Shown here piece by piece: positions 8,025 through 17,700 of a DNA stretch of 20,000 bases. A model generated the notes under the pieces. It did no database searches and had not been told where the DNA came from. It was given only the letters and a program-made list of their open reading frames with translations. The position numbers were made by a program, and so were the translations under genes. Every line of letters begins with the position of its first letter. Position 1 is the stretch's first letter. Source of the stretch: an uncultured virus (IMG/VR IMGVR_UViG_3300033075_001711) (taxonomy: Duplodnaviria > Heunggongvirae > Uroviricota > Caudoviricetes); IMG/VR virus record IMGVR_UViG_3300033075_001711. One strand, 5' to 3'.

Positions 8025-8750
8025 ATGTCAGCTTTAATTCAAGATAAACTAAGAGTTATGCACAATGGCTCTTATATGAGTGCTTCGGATGAAAAATACA
8101 ATCTCCGAACCTCTTTAATTTATTTAACCGATATTGGAAATCGTGCTCAAGATAATGTTTATGATCGAGGACAATCCCAATATGTAACTTCTGTGGGCTC
8201 TGCTCCTGGCGAATCTGATTTCGTTTCAGGACACTCCGGCAGACGTGCTATAGATTTAGTCAAAACTAATAAAGTTTTAATTAGCCAAGACCAAGGCGAA
8301 ATTAAAAAATATTCTGATTTAAATTTAATTCGAACTGTTGAAATAAAAGAAACAGAAGTAGATACTGCTTATACTGCTGGAACTTCTTTAGTAGTTAAAG
8401 ATTCAACTGGCCTTTCTTCAACTGGAACTGTAGAAGTTTCTAATGAAGTTCGAAGATATACTGCAGTTACTGGTAATACTATAACTCTTGCCACCGCATT
8501 TACAAATGCTCACGCATCAGGATCAAGAGTAAAATTTTATGCCTCTATGCAAGAGACTAAAGTTTCTACTGCTTATACCTCTGGAACTACTCTTGTGGTA
8601 GAAAGCACTCGCGGAGTGACAGGAACTTCAGGAACAGTTTATATTGGAACAGAATCTGTAGCATATTCAGCCGTATCTGGATCCAACGTAACTATCTCTG
8701 CCCTAACTAATGATTATGCTGTAGGAACTAGAGTCCTATTAGTAGTTTAA
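8025..8750 (+). CDS. Putative virion (decoration-like) protein, paralog 3 of 3
   Basis: ggag upstream. 'MSALIQDKLRVMHNG...IYLTDIGNRAQD...RGQSQY...DLVKT.KVLIS...GEIKK' plus two repeats 'ET.V.TAYT.GT.LVV..(S/T)TG...GTV...E...Y.AV.G...T....GSRV/GTRV'. Confidence 0.55.
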   Translation: MSALIQDKLRVMHNGSYMSASDEKYNLRTSLIYLTDIGNRAQDNVYDRGQSQYVTSVGSAPGESDFVSGHSGRRAIDLVKTNKVLISQDQGEIKKYSDLNLIRTVEIKETEVDTAYTAGTSLVVKDSTGLSSTGTVEVSNEVRRYTAVTGNTITLATAFTNAHASGSRVKFYASMQETKVSTAYTSGTTLVVESTRGVTGTSGTVYIGTESVAYSAVSGSNVTISALTNDYAVGTRVLLVV

Positions 8751-8763
8751 TAAAATATAACTT

Positions 8764-9021
8764 ATGCTAAAAAATTTAGATTTAAATGATAGAGAATACT
8801 CCACTACAGATTTATATTTTGCTGCTTTTTTAAAATCTTCTGGAGTTAAATTACTTAGAACAGAAAGAGATAAAAATGATTTCAAAAGAATCTATTTTAT
8901 TTTTGATAAATTAGGAACTTTTGATGAATTAAAACTCTCCTGGCAAAATGATACAGGTACTGTTCTAGCCCAAACATACGCAAACTCAATTAGACATTTA
9001 AAAAGCATTTGTTTTCAGTAA
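8764..9021 (+). CDS. DUF5659-like small protein
   Basis: 'YSTTDLYFAAFLKSSGVKLLRTER....RIYFIFD' matches the T.DLY.AA.L...G..L...R...F.F pattern I associate with DUF5659 phage proteins. Confidence 0.65.
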   Translation: MLKNLDLNDREYSTTDLYFAAFLKSSGVKLLRTERDKNDFKRIYFIFDKLGTFDELKLSWQNDTGTVLAQTYANSIRHLKSICFQ

Positions 9022-9027
9022 ACTAAA

Positions 9028-9054
9028 AAAGGCTATTAAATATTAATAGCCTTT
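9028..9054 (+). terminator. Intergenic hairpin, terminator-like
   Basis: aaaggctattaa-ata-ttaatagccttt: perfect 12-bp stem. The T tail is short on +; the A run upstream would give a T tail on -. Confidence 0.55.
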
Positions 9055-9074
9055 AAACTTATATAGGGAAAAAT

Positions 9075-9989
9075 ATGTCATTGTTAATATTTAATAGAGG
9101 ACAAGCTCTCTCATCTAATGACCTTTTTATAAATATTCGAGCAGCTAATAGTTCTTTAATTGACCCTTTTTCAATCACATATGCAGTTTTTGATAATAGT
9201 TCTGGAACTCCAATTCTAAAATCAGGCCCAACAGAAACACCTGTTAAAATTACTGTTGGAAAATACTACGCACCCTATGTTATTCCTTTAGATGCAGAAC
9301 TAGGTGATTGGCTTCTCATTTGGACTATTCAAGAAACTAGCCTAACAACTCCATATACAGCACAACAACCCTTTGTTGTCGCTCCAGCAGATTTTCTAGT
9401 TGGACCCTACAGCAGTCTTTTAATAAACCCACTCATTCCTAATAATGAAGGAATTATTAGATTAATTTATAGACTACGTGTCCTACTTAGAGATAATAAC
9501 CCTGACAGAAATTACCATTTTCTCCCACCAACACCTGAACGAGAAATTCAAGGTTATACTAAAAAATTTAGATTTATTTGGGAAGATTATGAACTCTATG
9601 AATATCTTTTAGCTGGCATGAATAGAATAAATTTAGCCCCTCCTTTAACAGGGTTTACCCTTGAAGGTTTACCTCTTCAATGGACTACTCTTCTTTTAGA
9701 TGCTGCTCGAATTTATGCTATTCAAGCTATTACAGCTAACTGGATTGCTGATGAATTTGAATATTCTATTTCTGGAGTATCTCTAAATTTAGAAAAATCT
9801 CAGAAATATCAAGCCCTGAAAGAAAACCTTGAAGCTCAAGTTGAAAAACAATTGGAACTCGCCAAACAAACTTTGAAATTTGTTAAAGGAATTAGACAAC
9901 AAAAATATTCAGTGGGTGTGAGCGTAGCCCTCGGCCCATATACGGGCCGAGGTACAACAAGTATTAAAAATTATATTTTTGGTAAATAG
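9075..9989 (+). CDS. Putative head-tail connector / neck protein
   Basis: N-terminal Ig-like beta segment (ITYAVFD...GKYYAPY.IP...GDW...W) followed by a helical part 'RLRVLLRD...WEDYELYEYL..GMNRIN..PP...LLLDAA...DEFEYSISGVSLNLEKSQKYQ'. This layout resembles gp15/gp6-like adaptors; lies directly before fibre genes. Confidence 0.55.
   Translation: MSLLIFNRGQALSSNDLFINIRAANSSLIDPFSITYAVFDNSSGTPILKSGPTETPVKITVGKYYAPYVIPLDAELGDWLLIWTIQETSLTTPYTAQQPFVVAPADFLVGPYSSLLINPLIPNNEGIIRLIYRLRVLLRDNNPDRNYHFLPPTPEREIQGYTKKFRFIWEDYELYEYLLAGMNRINLAPPLTGFTLEGLPLQWTTLLLDAARIYAIQAITANWIADEFEYSISGVSLNLEKSQKYQALKENLEAQVEKQLELAKQTLKFVKGIRQQKYSVGVSVALGPYTGRGTTSIKNYIFGK
9929..9952 (+). repeat. GC-rich inverted repeat inside the 3' end of the connector gene
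   Basis: cctcggccc-atatac-gggccgagg: perfect 9-bp stem with 8 GC pairs. Confidence 0.85.
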
Positions 9990-10047
9990 TTAAAAACCTT
10001 TGTTTTCTTTTGTATAGGTAAGTATCCACTTTAAAAGAAAGGTCCCT

Positions 10048-11136
10048 ATGTTTCAAGAAAACATGTCAATGCGAGAGAACAATAATTGTCAAAGTGCATT
10101 TTATACTGGAGATGGTTGTATTTCTCTTGAAAAACACAAAGAAAAAATTTTAGGTATGTCTATAACAATAAAACAAACAGATATTAGACCACTAGAAAAT
10201 TTTCAAAAATTTTTTGATTGTGGAAACATTACAGGTCCATATGTATCAAAAAATCCAAATGTAAATCCAATTTGGCGATATAAATGCTCAAAAATATCTG
10301 ATGTTTTAAATGTAATTCATCTCATGTGGGATAATTTGCCATATTTTAGAAAAAAACAAGCATATAATGTTATTATGGAATACTATAGTTCTGAAAAAAG
10401 AAAAATTGTTCCAGATTTTACAAAATATAAATGGAACAGTTTTAATGTTGATATCACAAATGAATTTTTTGAAATAGATAGAACATTTAGAGAAAAATGT
10501 GCTTGGTGTGCTGGGATATACAACAGTGAAGGATCTACATCATTTCATAAAGGTCCGGTTGTTGTGGGTAGTGTGCGGTGTGGTATTTCACAAGTAGATC
10601 CTGATCCTATTAATTTTTTTGTTGATTGTTTTGAAAAATTTGATAGAAACATTCAAATTCGAATGGAGTCAAAAAATCTAAAAAATATAAATCATAGAGA
10701 TTGTCATAAATTAGATGTAAATTCAATAGAAGCAGTTAAATATATTATAGATTCTATGTGGTTTGCATTATCTGAGCCTAAACGTGAGCAGTATAATAAA
10801 GTTGTAGATCTATATTTAGAAAGTGTAAAAAATTCTACTGCATGTAAATTTAAAACAAAATGTAAATTCGGCCATGAATTCACAGATGAAAATACTCGAA
10901 TATATGATGGTAAAAGAGTATGTAAACAATGCTCTAGGGATAAAGTTAAAAAACATTCAGAGAAATTAAAAAATAATCCAGATCGAAATATTCAACAAGA
11001 AATTTTAGAATATATTTCTAAACATAATATTTGTAAAAACAACCATGTATTAACTTTGGAGAATGTTAGAATGAGTGGAATTTCTGCTAGATGTAAAGAT
11101 TGTGATAAAATGCAACGAGAGAAACTAAAAAATTAA
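10048..11136 (+). CDS. Free-standing two-motif LAGLIDADG endonuclease with C-terminal Cys/His repeats
   Basis: Motif 1 'SAFYTGDGCI...ITIKQTDIRPLENFQKFFDCGNI'. Motif 2 'AWCAGIYNSEGS...GISQVDPDPI'. Tail 'CKFGHEFTDENTRIYDGKRVCKQC' and 'CKNNHVLTLENVRM...RCKDC'. SD-like gaaagg upstream. Confidence 0.8.
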   Translation: MFQENMSMRENNNCQSAFYTGDGCISLEKHKEKILGMSITIKQTDIRPLENFQKFFDCGNITGPYVSKNPNVNPIWRYKCSKISDVLNVIHLMWDNLPYFRKKQAYNVIMEYYSSEKRKIVPDFTKYKWNSFNVDITNEFFEIDRTFREKCAWCAGIYNSEGSTSFHKGPVVVGSVRCGISQVDPDPINFFVDCFEKFDRNIQIRMESKNLKNINHRDCHKLDVNSIEAVKYIIDSMWFALSEPKREQYNKVVDLYLESVKNSTACKFKTKCKFGHEFTDENTRIYDGKRVCKQCSRDKVKKHSEKLKNNPDRNIQQEILEYISKHNICKNNHVLTLENVRMSGISARCKDCDKMQREKLKN

Positions 11137-11157
11137 AATCACAATAATTTCTCCCCT

Positions 11158-11194
11158 AAAAGAACTTTAAAATTTTAAAGTTCTTTTTTATTTT
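11158..11194 (+). terminator. Perfect 30-bp palindrome followed by T tract (terminator-like)
   Basis: aaaagaactttaaaa|ttttaaagttctttt (11158-11187), then ttatttt; intergenic. Confidence 0.7.
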
Positions 11195-11213
11195 ATAATT
11201 AAATATATATGTT

Positions 11214-14200
11214 ATGAGCAGTATACCAATAGGAAATAGACCGTTAAAGATTCCATATGTTTCGACGACTACAGTAGTTGAGAATCCTCGTCCTAGATTT
11301 GCATCTTTAGAGCATACGCATACATTAGCAGATATAGTTCCTGGAATATCTCACAGTGAGTTGTTAGATTTAACCGCAAATGATCATCCTCAGTATGTTT
11401 ATAAGCTTGGGGATACGATGGAGGGGTTTTTATCTTTATATAAAGATCCTGTGGCACCAAAACATGCTGTAACAAAAGCATATTCAGATGCACATGCGGG
11501 GCATGAAATTCAATCTAATTCTGTTACATTACCTAAAAAAGAATTTCTTAATTTTTTAGGTTCAGAGTTTACAGTAGTAAACGATTCAACATCTACTACT
11601 ATATCTTTTAATTTTACAAGTATAGATCATAATACATTAGATAATTTAACTGTAGGGAATCCACATACTCAATATGTTTTAAAAGCTGGGGATACTTTAT
11701 CAGGAGCTTTAATAAATTACAGCAATACTCCAACTTTAAATTTAGAGTTAGTTCCGAAAATTTATGTTGATACTTTAGTTAGCACTTCAATTGCTGCTGC
11801 AGTAATTACAGATCATAATTTATTGGACAATTTAACTGTAGGGAACCCACATACCCAATATGTTTTAAAAGCTGGGGATACTTTAACAGGTCAATTGTTA
11901 TTATATTCTACTACACATACAAATATTTTAGAGGCTGTTAGTAAAGGGTATGTAGACAGTAATTTTACTAAAGATCATAGTTCGCTAATTAATTTAAATA
12001 CAGGAAATCCGCATCCTCAGTATCCATTAAAAACAGGGGATATTTTTTCAGGTGTTTTAAAATTAAATATTTCTCCAATAGATCCAGATGATGCTGTAAG
12101 GAAAGATTATGTAGATAGTGTAATTATAAATGATCATGGGGATTTATTAGGGTTGGAGGATATTGAAGATCATCCAGGGTATATTGTTGTTACAGGAGCA
12201 AGACCATTTGATGGTGATCAATCAATGGGGAACAATAAATTAACAGATTTATTGGATCCTGTGGATAATTTAGATGCTGTAAATTTACAGACATTAAATT
12301 CTAGTATAACTACAGCAATTACAAACAATAATACAAATAGTTCTTTTCAAACTAAAGTTATTTCTTTAACTGATGATACTCCGACATTAACTTTAGGAAA
12401 TAGATATATTGTTCCGGATCCTACTTTATATGTGAGTTGGTTAGGGCAAGAAAATAAAATAGCTGAATATAATGGAATTGGTTGGGATTTTACAATTCCG
12501 AATAAAGGAACTGTTCTTTTTGTAGAGGATCAAAATAAAATATTTTATTTTACAGATGATTTTCCTTTAGGGGTGTGGGAAAATTTAAATAATTTATTTG
12601 ATCATAGTTTATTACAAAATTTAGGGGTAGATTCGCATACTCAATATGTTCATAATACATCTAATAGAGTAATTACAGCTCAACATACTTTTAATTTTAG
12701 TGGATCTCCGTTTTTGTTAGGAGTGGGCAGTACAGGTGTTTTGGTATCGGGATTAAATTCTGATTTATTAGATGGGGAGCATGGTTCTTATTATTTAGAT
12801 TGGAATAATTTTCCTGGAACAATCCCTTTAATTAAATTACCTACAACAGGAATAGATGCGGATACATTGGATGGGTTAGATTCCACGGCATTTAGTTTAA
12901 TAAGTCATAACCATAATCACAATAGTTTAACAAATTTAACTGTAGGTGATCCACATACTCAATATTTGTTAGTAAATGGAACAAAAGCATTTACAGGAAA
13001 TCAATCCCTAGGTGGATTTAAAATTACAAATTCAGCGGATCCAACTTCTAATTTAGATTTAGCAAATAAACAGTATGTAGATTCTCAGGTGTCAAATATA
13101 GAAAACATTTTAAATTTGATTTCCTGGCAGGGTCCAATTGTAAATAATACTTTAACTTCTCCACCTGTAGGGCCTGCTCTTAATTCTCAATATATTGTAG
13201 CTTCTGTGGGTTCTGGGGCTTGGTTAGGACAAACAAATAACATTGCATTTTGGAATGGGTCAAGTTGGATTTTTTATGTTCCTGTAGAAGGGACAACAAC
13301 ATATTTACAAAATGTAAATAAATATTCTTTTTTCAATGGGTCTTCTTGGGTTTATTTAGATACGATTATAGATCATAGTTTACTACAAAATTTAAATGTG
13401 GATTCTCACACACAATATACCCATAATTCTATAAATCGGACAATTACAGCAACACATACATTTAATCCTTTTTCTGTGGGGGCTCCATTTATATTAGGGG
13501 CAAACTCTTTAAATCAATTTGTGTCTGGATTGAATTCTGATTTATTAGATGGTGAGCATGGCTCCTATTATTTAGATTGGAATAATTTTCCTGGAAATGT
13601 GCCATTATATAAAATACCATCTGGAATAGATGCAGATACACTAGATGGATTAGATTCAACAGCATTTAGTTTAACAAGCCATAATCATAGTCATAATAGT
13701 TTGACAGGTTTAACTACAGGAGATCCACATACTCAATATGTAAATAAATTTGTTGCCTCTTCTATTTTAGCTAGACATACTTTTGATACAGCGGGCTCCC
13801 CATTTATTTTGGGATCTGGAGCAATAAATCAATTGGTTTCGGGTTTGAATTCAGAATATTTAGATGGGGAATTAGGAATTTATTATTTAGATAGAGACAA
13901 CCATTTTGGAACAACACCATTAAGTTCTATTCCACAAGGTTCAGGATCTACTTTAGATGCAGATAAATTAGATGGATTAGATTCAACCGCATTTAGTTTA
14001 GTTTCTCACACACATGATCATAATAGTTTGTCGAATTTATCAATTGGAAACGTACACTCTCAATATGTTCATAGAACAATAAACAATGGGGCTATAACAG
14101 CAAAATATACTTTCAATACGAGTGGTTCCCCATTTTTGTTAAGTGGAAGTTCTGTGGGATTTTTAGTTAGTGGTTTAAATGCTGATTTATTAGATGGGTA

Positions 14201-14729
14201 TCATGCTAGTGATTTTATATTAGCGAATACTTTACCAAGTATTGAAATTGATATATATGCTCCAGCAAATACTGATCCTGTTCCTTTGACATTAACTGAA
14301 GGGGATTTATATTTTAATAAACAATTGTTGGAATATATGTATTATGATGGGACTCGGAGTAAGTGGTTAAGTATAAACACTATTTCAATACAAGCGGGAA
14401 GAAAAGGGGATACTCTTCCTGGGTCATATTATCGAGGAGTTGATGGTATGACTTTGGATGGTGCGGATAGAGTATTTTCAGTTCCAAAAGGAACTATAAC
14501 AGCAGTATCTTGGTCCCAAACGAGTTCTTCTTCAGCAACATTAGAAATATTAAATAATGGGGCAACTTTAGGTGTACCTGCAGAAGTTGTTTTATCTTCA
14601 AGTGGTACTGTTAGAGTAGATACCAAAAATGTAAATATTCAAGCCGGGACATTATCTTTTAGAAATAAATTGGGTGGAAATACTACAACTAACGTTCAGA
14701 TAATAATTGAAATTAAAAAGCGGATTTAA
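11214..14729 (+). CDS. Long modular fibre protein (His-rich repeats, two DUF2793-like domains)
   Basis: Ten H..L..L...(P/D/S/V)H.(Q/G)Y units, seven (D/N)(A/S)(D/E).LDG units, stalk-like 'GNNKLTDLLDP...DAVN' and 'GGFKITNSADP...ANKQYVD'. Two 'YIV......WLGQ.N.IA..NG..W.F..P..GT' domains at about 12400-12560 and 13190-13350. Confidence 0.75.
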   Translation: MSSIPIGNRPLKIPYVSTTTVVENPRPRFASLEHTHTLADIVPGISHSELLDLTANDHPQYVYKLGDTMEGFLSLYKDPVAPKHAVTKAYSDAHAGHEIQSNSVTLPKKEFLNFLGSEFTVVNDSTSTTISFNFTSIDHNTLDNLTVGNPHTQYVLKAGDTLSGALINYSNTPTLNLELVPKIYVDTLVSTSIAAAVITDHNLLDNLTVGNPHTQYVLKAGDTLTGQLLLYSTTHTNILEAVSKGYVDSNFTKDHSSLINLNTGNPHPQYPLKTGDIFSGVLKLNISPIDPDDAVRKDYVDSVIINDHGDLLGLEDIEDHPGYIVVTGARPFDGDQSMGNNKLTDLLDPVDNLDAVNLQTLNSSITTAITNNNTNSSFQTKVISLTDDTPTLTLGNRYIVPDPTLYVSWLGQENKIAEYNGIGWDFTIPNKGTVLFVEDQNKIFYFTDDFPLGVWENLNNLFDHSLLQNLGVDSHTQYVHNTSNRVITAQHTFNFSGSPFLLGVGSTGVLVSGLNSDLLDGEHGSYYLDWNNFPGTIPLIKLPTTGIDADTLDGLDSTAFSLISHNHNHNSLTNLTVGDPHTQYLLVNGTKAFTGNQSLGGFKITNSADPTSNLDLANKQYVDSQVSNIENILNLISWQGPIVNNTLTSPPVGPALNSQYIVASVGSGAWLGQTNNIAFWNGSSWIFYVPVEGTTTYLQNVNKYSFFNGSSWVYLDTIIDHSLLQNLNVDSHTQYTHNSINRTITATHTFNPFSVGAPFILGANSLNQFVSGLNSDLLDGEHGSYYLDWNNFPGNVPLYKIPSGIDADTLDGLDSTAFSLTSHNHSHNSLTGLTTGDPHTQYVNKFVASSILARHTFDTAGSPFILGSGAINQLVSGLNSEYLDGELGIYYLDRDNHFGTTPLSSIPQGSGSTLDADKLDGLDSTAFSLVSHTHDHNSLSNLSIGNVHSQYVHRTINNGAITAKYTFNTSGSPFLLSGSSVGFLVSGLNADLLDGYHASDFILANTLPSIEIDIYAPANTDPVPLTLTEGDLYFNKQLLEYMYYDGTRSKWLSINTISIQAGRKGDTLPGSYYRGVDGMTLDGADRVFSVPKGTITAVSWSQTSSSSATLEILNNGATLGVPAEVVLSSSGTVRVDTKNVNIQAGTLSFRNKLGGNTTTNVQIIIEIKKRI
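11625..11890 (+). repeat. 80-bp direct repeat pair in the fibre gene (11625-11704 and 11811-11890)
   Basis: Manual comparison gives 73/80 identical bases; encodes DHN(T/L)LDNLTVGNPHTQYVLKAGDTL(S/T)G. Confidence 0.9.
12600..13739 (+). repeat. ~366-bp internal duplication in the fibre gene (12600-12965 and 13371-13739)
   Basis: Both copies encode DHSLLQNL.VDSHTQY...SGLNSDLLDGEHGSYYLDWNNFPG...GIDADTLDGLDSTAFSL.SHNH.HNSLT.LT.GDPHTQY. A third, more divergent copy follows to about 14070. Confidence 0.85.
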
Positions 14730-14735
14730 AAATAT

Positions 14736-17700
14736 ATGAGTTTTACTTGGATAGCTATAGCACAAAATCAAATAGGTTCGGATGTAATTTTAAAACAGTT
14801 GGGTATTACTGTTCCAGCATTAGGACAAATAACTTTAACTGACTATTGTACTTACTCAGAAATCATTGATGATGAACAATTAAAAGAAGAAATAAATTTA
14901 GGCAAATTATTAATAAGTGATGGTATAAATAATTTAAATTTATCTGAGTCAATAAATTATGTTACACCTACAACTTCATATCTAGACATTTCAACACAAA
15001 TAGAAAATGCTACTACAACAACTGGAAGTATTTTTGATGCAAATAAATTATTAAAATTAGGTGGGACGGGTTTATTAGATGGTAGGGATATTGGAGTTGA
15101 TGGTTCTACTTTAGATAGTCATATTGCAAATACAAGTAATCCTCACTCAGTTACAGCAACACAAGTAGGGAAAGATACAGCACAATGGAATGCTAATAAA
15201 ATACAGAATATATTAGTAGATACTACTGATCTTGGAGATAGAAAAACATTAAAATATAATGCAAATACCCTACATTTAGAGTATAAAAAAGCAATTGATC
15301 TTGGAAATTTATTAGAAGTTTCACCTACAGGATATGATGCAGACTATACTTCTATTAAAGCGGCTGTAGATGCTGCTGTTTTATTAGGAGCTACTATAAC
15401 TAACCCATATATTATTAAAGTTAGTCCTGGAACATATACTGAAAATAAAATTACAATACCTGCTGGGATTATAGTCACAACACACACAGGAAAAAGAGTA
15501 TCTCAAGTATATGTTATAGCTGCGAATCCTTTAGATGATTTAATAGTAATGACTGGAGGATCCGTTGTAGGATTAGATTTATCTGGAGTTTCAGATACTT
15601 CTAAAGCTTTAATTAGATGTGAAACTTTAAATTCTCTATGCTCCATTTATTCAGTAAGAGTATATAATTGTTCTAATGGTATTATTATAGGTAATGGAGC
15701 TAATGTAATTATTTTGGAATTTAGCTGTAATATTACTGGAGCTAATCAAAAAATAACAACTGCAATAAAAATAGATGGATCTTTAAATTCTACATCTGTA
15801 TTTATATCTCAAGCACTTTTTTCAGTTAAAAGCGCACTTTTACCTCTATATACAGACAACCCTATAAATACTGCTGTTTATATAACTGGGGGTGCCAAAG
15901 CAACATTAATGTCATGTGCTTTTCCCATTGCCTATAAAAATCTAAATCAGGTTTCAGTTTTAGTGGATGCTGGCTCAAGAGTAAGTTTGCTTTTTTCCTA
16001 TTATGAAAATAGTGCTACTGCAATTAAAATAGGATCTTTAGGTTCGAATACAAAAATTAGTATTAAAGGCTCTGAATTTAGAGATTGTGTAACAAACTTT
16101 AAAATTGATTCTTCAACTGGAACTATTTTAGTTTCAGGTTCAGTGGATGATGTTAAAGATGATATTGTATCTGGGGGAAAACTGAGTGGAAATATAGATA
16201 ATACAGGTGATTCAGAATCCTATTTAATAGGCGACTATAGATATTTTTATCAGGCGGATAAAAGTGAGATCCCTTTTGAGAAATTTTTTTATTACAAACT
16301 CTCCAGTACTGTTTTAGGAGATGTTTCTCTGACTGAGTTAGGGGGTTTAGATATTGAAATTGGCGCAGGAAAAGGTTGGATACATAGATCTTCAGCTCTC
16401 AACACAAGTAATTATGTTACTTGGAATACTACAATATTGACTTTAGATCCAAATGTTATTTCATATATAATACTTGACGGCTCTGATTTTATTTTAAAAG
16501 CAGTAACTTCTCAACCGGATTTTTTTGAAAATATATTAATTGGAATTTGCGCTACAGATTTAACTTCAATATTATATACACACATTGCCTATTATGATAA
16601 TACTTCCCCAAGCTCACAATTGCATGAATATTTATTAAACACAAGAAAATTTATTGCAAATAGTGGTTTGATTACATCAGCAGGAAGTGATGTTTTTAAA
16701 ATAAATGTAAGTAATGGTTCTTACTATATAACTACAAAACTTGTTCAATATTCAGGTGTTTCTGATGGGACATTTAAATATTACTACAATAATGGAAATA
16801 GTGATACAGGAAATAATACTGATGTAGATATTTCACAATACGATAATATTGGATCTTTGTCTACAATGACTTCTGGGTATTATAGATCAGACACTTTATA
16901 TTTAACTTCTGATGGTAGATTAAGTTTAATTTATGGTAACAACGAATATGCCACGCAGAATGAAGCAAAAGCAGCTTCAAAAGCATCTGTATTTTCTATT
17001 ATTGAGCCGTCTGCAATTTCACTAGCTAGATTAATAGTAAAAGAAGGAGTTGGGATTGTTGAGTTTGTGGATGAAAGAATTACAGATTCAAATGGCGGAA
17101 GTGGTGGTGGATTATCTGTATCAGATCACGGAAATTTAACTGGTCTTTTAGACGATGATCATACACAATATTTGCTTGTATCTGGATCAAGGTCAATGTC
17201 AGGTTCTCTTAATATGGGAACTCACAGCATTACCAATGTTAATCTAGTAGACGGTGTAGATGTTAGTGCTCATGCTAATAGACATAATCCGGGTGGTTTA
17301 GATGCTTTAACAACGGGAGTTCCAGTTGCTATAACTGTTGGGGGTTCACCTTCGGCTGGAACAGCTTCTTCTTATTCTCTATCAGATCATCAACACACAA
17401 TAAATTCTGGAACACCCGTTTCTGTAGGATTAAATAATTCAGATGGAACCGCAAACACAATATCAAGGTCAGACCATGTTCATAGTCACTCAGATATTAG
17501 ACAACTGATTCATTTTATAAATAATGGTCCCGCTGAATCATTTTCAGGAGCTTATCGTGTTATTACAGGAGGAGCATTTCCTTCTGCTATTACCTGGTAT
17601 ATTGACAATACTATGGTAGATAAACTTTTCGAAATAATTATTACTAGAAACCCAAATCAAACTCCGTCAATAATTGAATATAAAATATATGATACAGATG

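Noticed and set aside
7989..9049. TTAATAG at 7989-7995 and 9043-9049 as a late-promoter motif
   Set aside because: Only two intergenic instances of a short AT-rich word, one inside a hairpin; not distinguishable from chance without the whole genome.
9990..11213. Group I intron or intein hosting the LAGLIDADG ORF
   Set aside because: Flanking gaps are only 58 and 77 nt, the ORF is out of frame with the upstream gene, and there are no intein terminal motifs.
11293..11493. Minus-strand 66-aa ORF (likewise 14429..14626)
   Set aside because: Shadows inside the fibre gene.
11625..13739. Fibre repeats as DGR template/variable regions or a CRISPR array
   Set aside because: Differences in the 80-bp pair are not adenine-specific, all copies are in-frame coding, no reverse transcriptase or cas gene is present, and there is no repeat-spacer periodicity.
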